DNA of 64,000 nucleotides from an uncultured Thermoleophilia bacterium (lineage in GTDB: Bacteria > Actinomycetota > Thermoleophilia > UBA2241), in the NCBI GenBank assembly GCA_963702475.1, contig CAVPCT010000002.1:224001-288000 (forward strand), given 5' to 3'. How positions within the stretch are numbered: position 1 is the stretch's first letter; each line of letters starts with the position of its first letter. Shown piece after piece: positions 38,635 through 48,224 of the stretch. Made by a program: the position numbers and the translations under genes. The notes under the pieces were generated by a model, which worked only from the letters and a program-made list of their open reading frames with translations, was not told where the DNA came from and ran no database searches.

Positions 38635-38994
38635 GTGAACGTAAGCGCAGTGGTCGGCCATGAGGACGGCGTCACGCCGGTGCCCATGGCGGGAGAGGGC
38701 ATCGTCGGCGTCGCGAAGCGCGTGCTGGTCTCGCCCGCCGAGGGCTGGGACGGGTGGGTGCTGCGGCTGTTCGACGTGGAGCCAGACGGGCACACGCCGC
38801 GCCACTCGCACCCCTGGCCGCACATCAACTTCGTCCCCTCGGGGCGAGGGACCTTGTACGTGGGCGGTCAGGAGCAGCCGCTCACGCCGGGCAGCTACGC
38901 GTTCGTGCCCGGCGGCGTGGAGCACCAGTTCCGCGCCGCCCCGGATGAGTCGCTCACGTTCATTTGCATCGTGCCCTCCGAGGGTGACTATTGA
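38635..38994 (+). CDS. Cupin-domain protein
   Basis: GHTPRHSHPWPH, FVPGGVEHQF. Confidence 0.88.
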   Translation: MNVSAVVGHEDGVTPVPMAGEGIVGVAKRVLVSPAEGWDGWVLRLFDVEPDGHTPRHSHPWPHINFVPSGRGTLYVGGQEQPLTPGSYAFVPGGVEHQFRAAPDESLTFICIVPSEGDY

Positions 38995-39160
38995 CCCGGC
39001 GCGCGTGCGGTGCGACCCCGCCGGCCGCGCCCGGCGAACGGGTACGCTCCGGGGTCTGTCGAAATGCGGCCCGGTGGGAGAGACTACGAAGCGCCGCGTG
39101 GACGGCGCAGTCAAAACGACGGCCCGCGTCGGGGCGAAGCCGGCGCAAGGAGTGATGAGG

Positions 39161-40315
39161 ATGCCCGCTGCCTCCCGTGTGGCGCAGCTTCACGAGTTCG
39201 GACAGAGCCCCTGGCTGGACCACATCGGCCGCGACCTGGTCGAGCGTGGCGGCCTCAAGCGGTTCGTGGACCGCGACGGCCTCGGCGGAGTCACCACCGA
39301 CGCGGCCGTGTTCGAGCGAGCCCTGGTCGCCGCAGGGATCGCGTACGACCAGCAGATCCGGGAGCTGGCGGAGCAGGGGCTGAGCGCGGCGGAGATCCTC
39401 GACCGCGTCCAGGTCGACGACGTGCGCGACGCCTGCGACGTGCTGGCGCCGGTGTACATGGGCAGCGGCGGCGAGGACGGCTTCGTCTCCATCGAGGTCG
39501 GGCCGGCGTTCGCGCACGATCGTCAGGCGTGCATCGCCGAGGCGCAGCGCCTGTTCACGGCCGTGGACCGGCCCAACGTCATGATCGGCATCCCCGGCAC
39601 GGAGGACGGCGTGCCCGCCATCCTCTCGAGCATGAAGGACGGCCTGAACATCGACGCCACGCTCCTCTTCACCGTGAGTCAGTACGAGGCCGTTGCCGAC
39701 GCGTACCTCGACGCCCTCGAGTACAGGCTGCGGCGGGACCTCACGATCCGCGCGATCTCCTCCGTGGCAAGCGTCTTCGTGTCGCGCGTCGACACCTGCG
39801 TCGACGCGCTCCTCGATCAGCGCATCCAGAGCGCCGCCGACGAGGCGGAGCGGCGCCGCCTCGAGGCGCTCAAGGGCAGGGCCGGCGTCGCCAACGCCAA
39901 AGTGGTGTACGAACGCTTTCGCAGCTACCTGGGCGGCCGCGGCTGGCAGCTCATCGCCGCGTCGGGCGCCAAGGTGCAGAGGCTTCTGTGGGCCGGCACG
40001 GGCGTCAAGGACCTGGGCCGCAAAGACGTCGGCTATGTGGACGAGCTCATCGGTGGACACACCGTCGCCAGCATGCCGGCCGAGACGCTCAGGGCGTTTG
40101 CCGACCACGGCACGCCGGCGCGCAGCGCCGACCGGCACATCGAGGACGCCCACCGCACGCTGCGGGAGCTGGCGCGGGTCGGCGTCGACATGGAGCGCGT
40201 CGGCGAACAGCTGCAGGCAGCCGGTATCGAGGCGCTCGCCGACGCGTGGGGCAGGGCCGTGGACGTGGTCGAGGCCAGACGGCGTCAGGCTCTCGGCGAG
40301 GAGGTGACGTCGTGA
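39161..40315 (+). CDS. tal: Transaldolase-like protein with substituted catalytic residues
   Basis: GQSPWLD, GFVSIEV, SVASVFVSRVD, YVDELIG; RPNVMIGIPGT in place of RPNVMIKIP. Confidence 0.85.
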   Translation: MPAASRVAQLHEFGQSPWLDHIGRDLVERGGLKRFVDRDGLGGVTTDAAVFERALVAAGIAYDQQIRELAEQGLSAAEILDRVQVDDVRDACDVLAPVYMGSGGEDGFVSIEVGPAFAHDRQACIAEAQRLFTAVDRPNVMIGIPGTEDGVPAILSSMKDGLNIDATLLFTVSQYEAVADAYLDALEYRLRRDLTIRAISSVASVFVSRVDTCVDALLDQRIQSAADEAERRRLEALKGRAGVANAKVVYERFRSYLGGRGWQLIAASGAKVQRLLWAGTGVKDLGRKDVGYVDELIGGHTVASMPAETLRAFADHGTPARSADRHIEDAHRTLRELARVGVDMERVGEQLQAAGIEALADAWGRAVDVVEARRRQALGEEVTS

Positions 40316-41994
40316 GCACCGCAGCATCGTTTCGGGAGGCGGTCGAGCGGCGCTTGGCCGAACTGGCCCGGCAGGACGTGGCCGAGCGCCTTTGGCAGGC
40401 CGACACGACCCTGTGGAAGGATGGCGACGCGGCCCACCAGAAGATCGTCGCCGACTCGCTCGGGTGGCTCAGCGTGTTCGAGGCGGTGCGCGGTGAGCTC
40501 ACCGGTCTGCGCGCCTTCGTCGACGAGTTGCGTGCCGAGGGCTACCGCTCCGCGGTGCTGCTCGGCATGGGCGGCTCGAGCCTGGCGCCCGAGGTCATGG
40601 CGCAGGCCTTCGGCACGGCGCCGGGGTATCTCGAGCTCACCGTGCTCGACACCACCGACCCGGCGGCCATCGCTGAGGTAGAACGTGGCCTGGACCTCGA
40701 GTCCACGCTGTTCATCGTGGCCAGCAAGTCGGGCGGCACCACCGAGACGTCCTCGCTGCACGCCTACTTCTACCAACGTCTGCGCGAGCTGGACGGCGAC
40801 CACGCCGGCCACCACTTCGTGGCCGTCACCGACGAGGACACCTCGCTCGAGAAGGAGGCGCTGGCGCAGGGCTTCCGCGCCGTCTTCGTCAATCCGTCTG
40901 ACATCGGCGGGCGCTACTCGGCCCTGAGCTTCTTCGGTATCGTGCCGGCGGCGCTCATGGGCGTCGACCTCGAGCGGCTGCTGGACGGCGTCCGCAGCAT
41001 GGCGCGGGCCTGCGGCCCCGACGTGCCGCCCGCGGGGTCGCCGGCGCTGCGGCTCGCTGCGATCCTCGGCGAGGCCAGTCTCGCCGGGCGGGACAAGGTC
41101 ACGCTGGCGACCTCGCCGGCGGTCGGCGATCTCGGCGCCTGGGTGGAGCAGCTCGTCGCTGAGAGCACCGGCAAGGAGGGGGTGGGTCTCTTCCCGGTCG
41201 ACGGGGAGCCCCTCGGGCCTGCGGAGGCGTACGGCGACGACCGCTTGTTCGTGTACACGCGCCTGCCGGGGGCCGTGGATGCCGACCAGGAAGAGGCGGT
41301 GGCCGCGCTCGAAGACGCAGGGTTCCCTGTGGAGCGCATCGACTGCCGAGATGTGTACGGGCTGGGCGGCCTGTTCCTGTTGTGGGAGATCGCGGTGGCC
41401 CTGGCCGGGTCCATCCTCGGCATCGACGCCTTCGACCAGCCCAACGTGCAGGAGAGCAAGGACAACACCAAGCGCGTGCTGGCGGAGATCGCGGCCGGCG
41501 CGGAGCCGGCGCCACCAACGGGGGAGCGCGGTCAGCTCGTCGCCTGCGCTTTGGGCGACGAGCTGCTCGAGCCTGCCCTGCGGGACCTGCTGGCCGGCGC
41601 GGCGCCCCCGGCCTACGTCGCCCTGCAGGCCTGGGTCACGCCCGGCGCAGAGGCGCGCCTCGAGTTGCGGAGCATGCGCGAGGCGCTGCGCGACAGGTTC
41701 CGCGTGGCCACCAGCGACGGCTTCGGCCCACGCTTTCTGCACTCCACCGGGCAGTACCACAAGGGCGGGCCTGCTCACGGCGTCTTCCTGCAGCTCGTGA
41801 GCTCCGGAGGCCCCGAGCTGCCTGTGCCCGGGCAGTCGTATACGTTCGGTGCTCTCAAACACGCGCAGGCCCTCGGCGACCTGCAGGCGCTCGTCGCCCA
41901 CGGCTGCCGTGTGCTGCGCGTCGATCTCGGCGACGACCCGGTCGAGGGGCTCAGGGCGTTCCGCATGCGCCTCGAGACCGTGCTGGGCCGTTAG
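40312..41994 (+). CDS. pgi: Glucose-6-phosphate isomerase (Tal-Pgi C-domain type)
   Basis: LGMGGSSL, SKSGGTTET, IGGRYSALS, EQLVAESTGK, FDQPNVQESK, HSTGQYHKGGP. Confidence 0.93.
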   Translation: MSTAASFREAVERRLAELARQDVAERLWQADTTLWKDGDAAHQKIVADSLGWLSVFEAVRGELTGLRAFVDELRAEGYRSAVLLGMGGSSLAPEVMAQAFGTAPGYLELTVLDTTDPAAIAEVERGLDLESTLFIVASKSGGTTETSSLHAYFYQRLRELDGDHAGHHFVAVTDEDTSLEKEALAQGFRAVFVNPSDIGGRYSALSFFGIVPAALMGVDLERLLDGVRSMARACGPDVPPAGSPALRLAAILGEASLAGRDKVTLATSPAVGDLGAWVEQLVAESTGKEGVGLFPVDGEPLGPAEAYGDDRLFVYTRLPGAVDADQEEAVAALEDAGFPVERIDCRDVYGLGGLFLLWEIAVALAGSILGIDAFDQPNVQESKDNTKRVLAEIAAGAEPAPPTGERGQLVACALGDELLEPALRDLLAGAAPPAYVALQAWVTPGAEARLELRSMREALRDRFRVATSDGFGPRFLHSTGQYHKGGPAHGVFLQLVSSGGPELPVPGQSYTFGALKHAQALGDLQALVAHGCRVLRVDLGDDPVEGLRAFRMRLETVLGR

Positions 41995-42181
41995 GGCACG
42001 GTCGCCGGCGGCTGGACGAGGTTCTCGCGAGTCCCACGTCGCTGGACTGACCCGCCGGTGCCTGGTCCGCTTCCGGCGGTCGAGAACCACGCCGGCGCGG
42101 TGGTTTGTGCGAGCACCGCGCCGGGCACGACCCGGTCGACGTGGACGACCCGGGCCGGCTACGGCGCACCGAGGAGGCAGT

Positions 42182-43085
42182 ATGGAACTGGGAATGGTCG
42201 GTCTGGGCCGCATGGGCGGCAACATGGCGCGGCGGCTGCTGCGCGGCGGCCACCGCGTCGTCGTGTGGAACCGCACGTATGCAAAGGCGGAGGAGCTCGG
42301 CGCCGAGGGCGCCGAGCCGGTGCGGGAGCTCGTCGACGTCGTCGCGGCTCTGCAGCCGCCCCGCGTGATCTGGTTCATGCTGCCGTACGGCGATCCCACG
42401 CAGGAGGCCATCGACGCGCTCGTCCCGCTGCTGGACGAGGGCGACATCCTCATCGACGGCGGCAACTCGCCGTTCCAGCACGACATCGAGCGCGGCGCCG
42501 CGCTCGGCGGCAAAGGCCTGCGGTACCTCGACGCCGGCACCAGCGGCGGCGTGTGGGGCCTCGAGGTCGGCTACTGCCTCATGGTCGGCGGCGAGCGCTC
42601 GGCGTTCGACCACATCGAAGCCGATCCTCAAGACGCTGGCGCCGCCCGGCCACGGGTACGAGTACTGCGGTGGTCACGGCTCCGGCCACTTCGTCAAGAT
42701 GGTCCACAACGGCATCGAGTACGGCATGATGCAGGCCTACGCCGAGGGCTTCGAGCTGCTCAACGCGACCCAGTGGGACCTCGATCTCGCTTCCATCGCC
42801 GACCTGTGGAACCAGGGCAGCGTGGTGCGCAGCTGGCTGCTCGAGCTGGCCGCCGACGCGCTCAAGAAGGACCCCGGCCTGCAGGGGATCACCGGGTACG
42901 TGGAGGACACCGGCGAGGGACGCTGGACGGTGGAGCAGGCCATCCAGCACTCGGTACCGATGCCGGCCATCTCGGCCGCCCTGTTCATGCGCTTCCGTTC
43001 GCGCCAGGAGGACAGCTTCGCGGGCAAGGTACTGGCCGCCCTGCGCAACGAGTTCGGCGGCCACGCCGTCCAGGAGAAGGCGTGA
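42182..43085 (+). CDS. gnd: 6-phosphogluconate dehydrogenase (short type); extra base at ~42618
   Basis: [24 protein letters not shown]; second frame [28 protein letters not shown]. Confidence 0.9.
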
Positions 43086-43182
43086 ACAGCCGCCGAAGCG
43101 ACGCTCCGGAGGGGGGCGCCGACGGCGTGCCCCTCTGCGTCGCGGCGGCCGCGGCGGGCGGCGCCCTGGAGCGGCACGCGCG

Positions 43183-44871
43183 ATGAGCGACAGGTCGGAC
43201 CAGCCGCGGTACCGGGATGAGGCCCCCGAGCCGCACATCGGCTACGAGGACGTCGACCGCTTCGCGGACGACGAGGGGCTGCGGGTCGGGGGCCTTGCGC
43301 AGCGCGACGCCGAGCCCTCGCCGTTCGGCGGCCGGCGCGACCCCGATCCGTGCAGCCTCGTCATCTTCGGGGTCACCGGCGATCTCACGCACCGCAAGCT
43401 CATCCCGGCCCTCTACGACCTCGGCTGTCACGGCGTGCTGCCGGCGGACACCACCCTCGTCGGCTACGGCCGGCAGGGCCTGGCCGACGATCCTCTCCGC
43501 GCCCGCATGCGCGAGGCCATCGACGACCACTACGGGCAGGCCGACGTGGACGGCGCCCTGTGCGAGCGCATCCTGCGAGCGCCCAAGTACGTGCAGGGCG
43601 AGCTCGACGAGCCCGAGGGCTACGCGCGGCTCGCGGACACGCTGGACGACCTCGACAGACAGGGCAGCCGCGGCAACCGCATGTTCTACCTGGCCACGCC
43701 GCCCAGTCAGTTCGAGCCGATCATCAGGCGGCTGGGTGAGGCCGGACTGGCGCGCCGCGGGGCCTTCGACGCGGCGCACGGAATGGGCGAGCCGGCCGGC
43801 TGGACGCGCATCGTGATCGAGAAGCCGTTCGGGCGCGACCTGACAACGGCGCAGTACCTTAACGCGGTCCTCGCCGAAGTCTTCTACGAGCGGCAGGTGT
43901 ACCGCATCGACCACTACCTCGCCAAGGAGACAGCGCAGAACCTGCTGGTGCTGCGCTTCGCCAACGGCATCTTCGAGCCGGTGTGGAACCGGCGGTACGT
44001 GGACTACGTGGAGATCACGGCCGCGGAGACGCTTGGCGTCGAGCACCGCGGCCCGTACTACGAGGAGGCCGGTGCGCTGCGCGACATGGTCACGCCGCAC
44101 CTCATCCAGCTGTTCACGCTGGTCGCCATGGAGCCGCCGGTCGCCTTCGACGCCGACGGCGTGCGCGACGAGAAGCTCAAGGTGCTGCGCGCCGTGCGGC
44201 CCATCCCCCGGCACCTGGTGGGGCAGTGGGCCGTGCGCGGCCAATATGTGCAGGGCCTCGCCGGTGGCGAGCAGGTCCCCGCGTACAGGGCGGAGGACCG
44301 CGTCGCTCCCGATTCGTACACCGAGACGTACGCCGCGGTGAAGCTTCTGGTGGACAACTGGCGCTGGCAGGGCGTGCCGTTCTACCTGCGAACCGGCAAG
44401 CGCATGGCGCGCCGCGTGACGGAGATCGCCATCCACTTCCGGCAGCCGCCCGTCCGCCTCTTCAGGGACGTGGGCGCGGGCGGCCTGCGGCCCAACACGC
44501 TGGTGTTGCGCGTGCAGCCGGACGAGGGCTTCTCGCTGCACATCCAGTCCAAGGCTCCCGGCCACGGGGTGTGTCTGCAGTCGGTGGCCATGGACTACTC
44601 CTACGGAACGACCCTCCACGAGCTCCCGTTCAGCGCCTACGAGACGGTGCTGGTGGATGCCATGGAGGGCGACATGACCCTGTTCACGCGCGGCGACCAG
44701 GCCGAGGAGGCCTGGCGGATCGTCGGCCCTGTCCTGGACGAGTGGGCCGCCAGGCCGAGCCGCGGGATCCCCATCTACGAGGCCGGCAGCTGGGGGCCGG
44801 AGGCGGCGGACTCGCTCATCGCCGCCGACGGCCACACGTGGCGCCGACCGGCAAAGGACGGTGAGGTATGA
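43183..44871 (+). CDS. zwf: Glucose-6-phosphate 1-dehydrogenase
   Basis: IFGVTGDL, EKPFG, YRIDHYLAKE, RWQGVPFYLRTGK, YEAGSWGP. Confidence 0.96.
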   Translation: MSDRSDQPRYRDEAPEPHIGYEDVDRFADDEGLRVGGLAQRDAEPSPFGGRRDPDPCSLVIFGVTGDLTHRKLIPALYDLGCHGVLPADTTLVGYGRQGLADDPLRARMREAIDDHYGQADVDGALCERILRAPKYVQGELDEPEGYARLADTLDDLDRQGSRGNRMFYLATPPSQFEPIIRRLGEAGLARRGAFDAAHGMGEPAGWTRIVIEKPFGRDLTTAQYLNAVLAEVFYERQVYRIDHYLAKETAQNLLVLRFANGIFEPVWNRRYVDYVEITAAETLGVEHRGPYYEEAGALRDMVTPHLIQLFTLVAMEPPVAFDADGVRDEKLKVLRAVRPIPRHLVGQWAVRGQYVQGLAGGEQVPAYRAEDRVAPDSYTETYAAVKLLVDNWRWQGVPFYLRTGKRMARRVTEIAIHFRQPPVRLFRDVGAGGLRPNTLVLRVQPDEGFSLHIQSKAPGHGVCLQSVAMDYSYGTTLHELPFSAYETVLVDAMEGDMTLFTRGDQAEEAWRIVGPVLDEWAARPSRGIPIYEAGSWGPEAADSLIAADGHTWRRPAKDGEV

Positions 44872-45614
44872 GCATCGAGATCTACCCCGACGCAGAGGCG
44901 CTGGCCCTGCACACGGCGGACGTGCTGGCCATGGCGGCGCAAGAGGCCGCCGCCGCCCGCGGCCGCTTCGCGGTCGCGCTGAGTGGCGGCGAGACGCCGA
45001 CGACCCTGTACCGCATGCTGGCGCGCCAGCAGTTCAGCCAGAAGATCCCCTGGCGGCGCGTCCAGCTGTACTGGGGCGACGAGCGCTGCGTGTCGCCCGA
45101 CGATCCGACCAGCAACTACGGCGTGGCCCGCGAGACGTTCATCAAGCACGTGCCGATCGCGCCGGCGAACGTGCATCGCATGCTCGGCGAGGAGGAACCC
45201 GGGAAGGCCGCCGAAACGTACGAGAAGGAATTGCGCGACCTCGCCGCCAAGGAACGGCCTCCGAGCGGCGTGCCGGTCTTCGACCTGGTCCTGCTCGGTC
45301 TGGGCAGGGACGGGCACACGGCGTCGCTCTTTCCGCGCAGCGACGCCCTCACCGTTGAAGACAGGTTCTGCGTGGCCACGCAGGCGCCGGACGGGTCGCC
45401 GCGCCTCACCGTCACCGCGCCGGTCATCAACGCCGCCCGGCGCGTGTGGTTCTACGTGAGCGGCGCCGACAAGGCCGGCATGGTCGCGGAGGTCCTCGAG
45501 GGCCTGCGTGCGCCGCTGGCCGTGCCGGCCCAGGGCGTCGCGCCCGTCCACGGCACGCTCACCTGGCTGCTCGACGAAGCCGCGGCAGCCGAGCTCAGCC
45601 CCAACGTCCGCTGA
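44868..45614 (+). CDS. pgl: 6-phosphogluconolactonase
   Basis: ALSGGETP, WGDERCV, DLVLLGLGRDGHTASLFP. Confidence 0.95.
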   Translation: MSIEIYPDAEALALHTADVLAMAAQEAAAARGRFAVALSGGETPTTLYRMLARQQFSQKIPWRRVQLYWGDERCVSPDDPTSNYGVARETFIKHVPIAPANVHRMLGEEEPGKAAETYEKELRDLAAKERPPSGVPVFDLVLLGLGRDGHTASLFPRSDALTVEDRFCVATQAPDGSPRLTVTAPVINAARRVWFYVSGADKAGMVAEVLEGLRAPLAVPAQGVAPVHGTLTWLLDEAAAAELSPNVR

Positions 45615-45626
45615 AGGGAGGCCCCG

Positions 45627-45935
45627 ATGAGCACGGGCTTCGACACGCCCGGCACCTACGACGTGCTCGCCGCCGACGGCACGGTGTGGCGGTTCCGCGC
45701 CGACCAGTTCGAGCAGTTCGCCGAGGCGCGCACGCGCGAGGACCGCGAGCGGCTCGTCGGCGAGGGCTGGACGCCGCTCGACGAGCGCATCGAGCCGGGG
45801 GTCACGCCGCCGCACAAGTCGGCCGTCAAGGAGGCGTTCCTGGAGACGGTCACGCCTCCGGAACCTGCCGGGCACGTGACCGTCTACGTCCTCGGCAAGC
45901 TCAAGCCCGGCGCCGAGGGCGTCAAGGTCGTCTGA
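45627..45935 (+). CDS. Small hypothetical protein
   Basis: GGAGG RBS; host-like codon use; paralog of next gene. Confidence 0.7.
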   Translation: MSTGFDTPGTYDVLAADGTVWRFRADQFEQFAEARTREDRERLVGEGWTPLDERIEPGVTPPHKSAVKEAFLETVTPPEPAGHVTVYVLGKLKPGAEGVKVV

Positions 45936-45963
45936 TCGGGGGGCGACAGGGAGAGGGGACCAC

Positions 45964-46290
45964 GTGAGCCAGGACGACGTGCGCAGCTTCGAGATAGCGG
46001 ACTCCGGCGGTGACGCGCGCCGCTACCTCGAGACCGACTTCGACGAGGTCTTCGCGACGCGCGACGAGCCGGAGATGCGGCGGCACCTGGGCTTGGGATG
46101 GCTGCTGCTCGACGAGCGCGTCGAGCGCGCGGACGGGCCCCGCCGCGAATGGCTCGACACGCTCCTGCGCCGCAGCGCCGGACGCGTTCTGCCGGCGGCC
46201 GCCGACCCTGTCGGCGGGGCGGCCGCCGGCGCGACCATGTACGTCCTGGGGCACCTCAAGGAGGGCGCGAGCGGGCAGCCACTCGGGTGA
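45964..46290 (+). CDS. Small hypothetical protein, paralog of 45627-45935
   Basis: Shared GWxxLDERxE and YVLGxLKxGA. Confidence 0.7.
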   Translation: MSQDDVRSFEIADSGGDARRYLETDFDEVFATRDEPEMRRHLGLGWLLLDERVERADGPRREWLDTLLRRSAGRVLPAAADPVGGAAAGATMYVLGHLKEGASGQPLG

Positions 46291-46419
46291 GCGCTCGCGC
46301 CCTGGGCGGCCGGCACGGCACGCCGGCACCCATGTCCTGTATCGATGGTGATCATGACATACGCTATCGATATCGACCGAAGAACGGTATGATGACGGCG
46401 TCCCACGAGGAGGCCAGCC

Positions 46420-46629
46420 ATGCCCATCGCCGTCATCTCGCCGAAGTTCCAGATCGTGATCCCCAAGGAGATCCGCGAGCGCCTCGAGCTCAAGCCGGGC
46501 CAGAAGGTGGCCCTTATCGAGAGGCAGGGTCTCGTCACCATGGTCCCGCACCGCCCGCTGTCTGAGCTGCGCGGCATCGCCAAGGGCGCTCCCACCGATG
46601 ACTACCGTGACGAGACCGACCGGTTCTGA
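46420..46629 (+). CDS. AbrB/MazE/SpoVT-family antitoxin
   Basis: ISPKFQIVIPKEIRERLELKPGQKV; GAGGAGG RBS. Confidence 0.9.
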   Translation: MPIAVISPKFQIVIPKEIRERLELKPGQKVALIERQGLVTMVPHRPLSELRGIAKGAPTDDYRDETDRF

Positions 46630-47005
46630 CGGACTGCGGGTCGTCGACTCGTCGGTCTGGATCGAGCACCTGGCGGACGGCGCGCGCGCAGAAGCCTGTC
46701 GCACCGTATTGGCCGACGAGGCACGCGTCGTGACCCCGGCACAGGTCCTGTACGAGGTGTACCGGTGGACGCGACGGCACTGCGGTGAGTCGGTGGCCAT
46801 GGAGGTCGTCGGTCACATGGAATACACCCGGCTGGTGCCGGCGGACGTCACGGTCGCCATCGTCGCGGTCGACCTGAGCCTGGACCACGGTCTGTCTGCG
46901 GCGGACGCGCTCATCTACGCCACCGCCCGCCTGGCCCCGGCGGAGCTCGTGACGGTGGACGGTGACTTCCGCGGGCTGCCGGGCGTCACGCTGATCGGGG
47001 AGTGA
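46598..47005 (+). CDS. vapC: VapC/PIN-domain toxin
   Basis: VVDSSVWIE, LYEV, LSAADALIYATA, LVTVDGDF; start uncertain. Confidence 0.88.
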   Translation: MTTVTRPTGSDGLRVVDSSVWIEHLADGARAEACRTVLADEARVVTPAQVLYEVYRWTRRHCGESVAMEVVGHMEYTRLVPADVTVAIVAVDLSLDHGLSAADALIYATARLAPAELVTVDGDFRGLPGVTLIGE

Positions 47006-47057
47006 GCGGGGCGTCCGGCGCAAGGAGTCCGCGCGGCGGCCGCGAAGCACGTCAGTC

Positions 47058-47663
47058 ATGGCTGCCGGACGCCGACCCTTCCTCTCCGCCCCCGTCGTGC
47101 GGGGCCTCGACCTGCTCCTCCTCGCGTGGGTGCTCGCCTGGCTCGTGGTGGGCGTCGCCGTCGGACGCGCGGTGTGGGACGTGAGCGCGATCGCCGACCC
47201 GATCATCCGCAACGCCGCCGGCGTGAGCGACGCGACGCACAGCCTGGACAAGCTCCGCTCGGTCCCGCTGGTGGGCGGCGTGCTCGGCGATGCGGTCGGC
47301 GGCGTGCGGGCCCCGTTCGACAAGACACGCGCTGAGGCCCAGCTCGTCAAGGACCGGGTGCGTCAGGTGGGCGTCGTGGTGGGCCTGCTGCTGGCCCTGG
47401 CCCCGACGCTCCTCGCGCTCGTGGTCTATCTGCCGTTCCGCATGCGCTGGCGCCGTGACGTCGCGGCCGTGCGGGCGGCGCTGGCGCACGACCCGTACGA
47501 CCTCGTGCTGCAGCGGTACCTCGCCCTGCGCGTGGTGCAGGGCCTCCGCTACGACGAGCTGCTCGCGCTCAGCCACGATCCGTGGCACGACATCGTGACC
47601 GGGCACGCCTGGCCGATCGCGGATCTGGAGCTGCGGCGGCTCGGCCTCTCGCGCGGCGTCTGA
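47058..47663 (+). CDS. Hypothetical membrane protein
   Basis: Two TM segments; VPLVG; LADLELRRLG-like end. Confidence 0.65.
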   Translation: MAAGRRPFLSAPVVRGLDLLLLAWVLAWLVVGVAVGRAVWDVSAIADPIIRNAAGVSDATHSLDKLRSVPLVGGVLGDAVGGVRAPFDKTRAEAQLVKDRVRQVGVVVGLLLALAPTLLALVVYLPFRMRWRRDVAAVRAALAHDPYDLVLQRYLALRVVQGLRYDELLALSHDPWHDIVTGHAWPIADLELRRLGLSRGV

Positions 47664-47721
47664 CGGAGCCGATGGGCGGCGGCCTGCGCTTGGACGCGCC
47701 GCCCCGGTGGTACACTTCGAA

Positions 47722-48101
47722 GGCAAGCCAGGTGGCCGCGTCGGGGCCGCGTCGCGGTGCTGTTCGCAGCCCGCGAGGCACTTCGTCGAGGAAAGTCCGG
47801 ACACCGCAGAGCAGGGCGCTGGCTAACGGCCAGCCGGGGAAACCCGAGGGAAAGCGCAACAGAGAGCAGACCGCCAGCGGCCTCTTCGGAGGTGCGGGCA
47901 AGGGTGAAACGGTGAGGTAAGAGCTCACCAGCGGTCCTGGTGACAGGCCGGCTCGGCAAGCCCCGCCTGGTGCAAGGCCAAATAGGGGAGTGTTTGAGGG
48001 TTGCTCGCCCGAGACTCCCGGGTTCCGGCCGCTTGAGCCGTCCGGCAACGGACGGCCGAGATGGATGGTCACCCACGACAGGATCCGGCTTACGGCTTGC
48101 T
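47722..48101 (+). ncRNA. rnpB: RNase P RNA (bacterial type A)
   Basis: GAGGAAAGTCCGGAC, GGAAAGCGCAACAGAGAGCAGACCGCC, GGGTGAAACGGTGAGGTAAGAGCTCACC, GGCAAGCCCCGCC..GCAAGGCCAAATAG, ACAGGATCCGGCTTA; P1 GCAAGCC/GGCTTGC; extended -10 TGGTACACT at 47708-47716. Confidence 0.97.
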
Positions 48102-48104
48102 ACA

Positions 48105-48141
48105 GAAAGGCCCCTCGGTCCAGCTGGGCGAGGGGCCTTTC
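48105..48141 (+). terminator. Hairpin terminator after rnpB
   Basis: GAAAGGCCCCTCG...CGAGGGGCCTTTC. Confidence 0.8.
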
Positions 48142-48224
48142 CACGTACGGGGCGTGACGCGCTGGTCGCGTCTGCGGCCGCGTGAACGCCGTCCCCGGTC
48201 GATCGCTGCGGGAATACTCAGACC

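Noticed and set aside
42600-42640. gnd frameshift as programmed recoding or true pseudogene
   Set aside because: Single extra A (GAAGCCG vs GAGCCG), no slippery heptamer, both halves otherwise intact; likely sequencing indel
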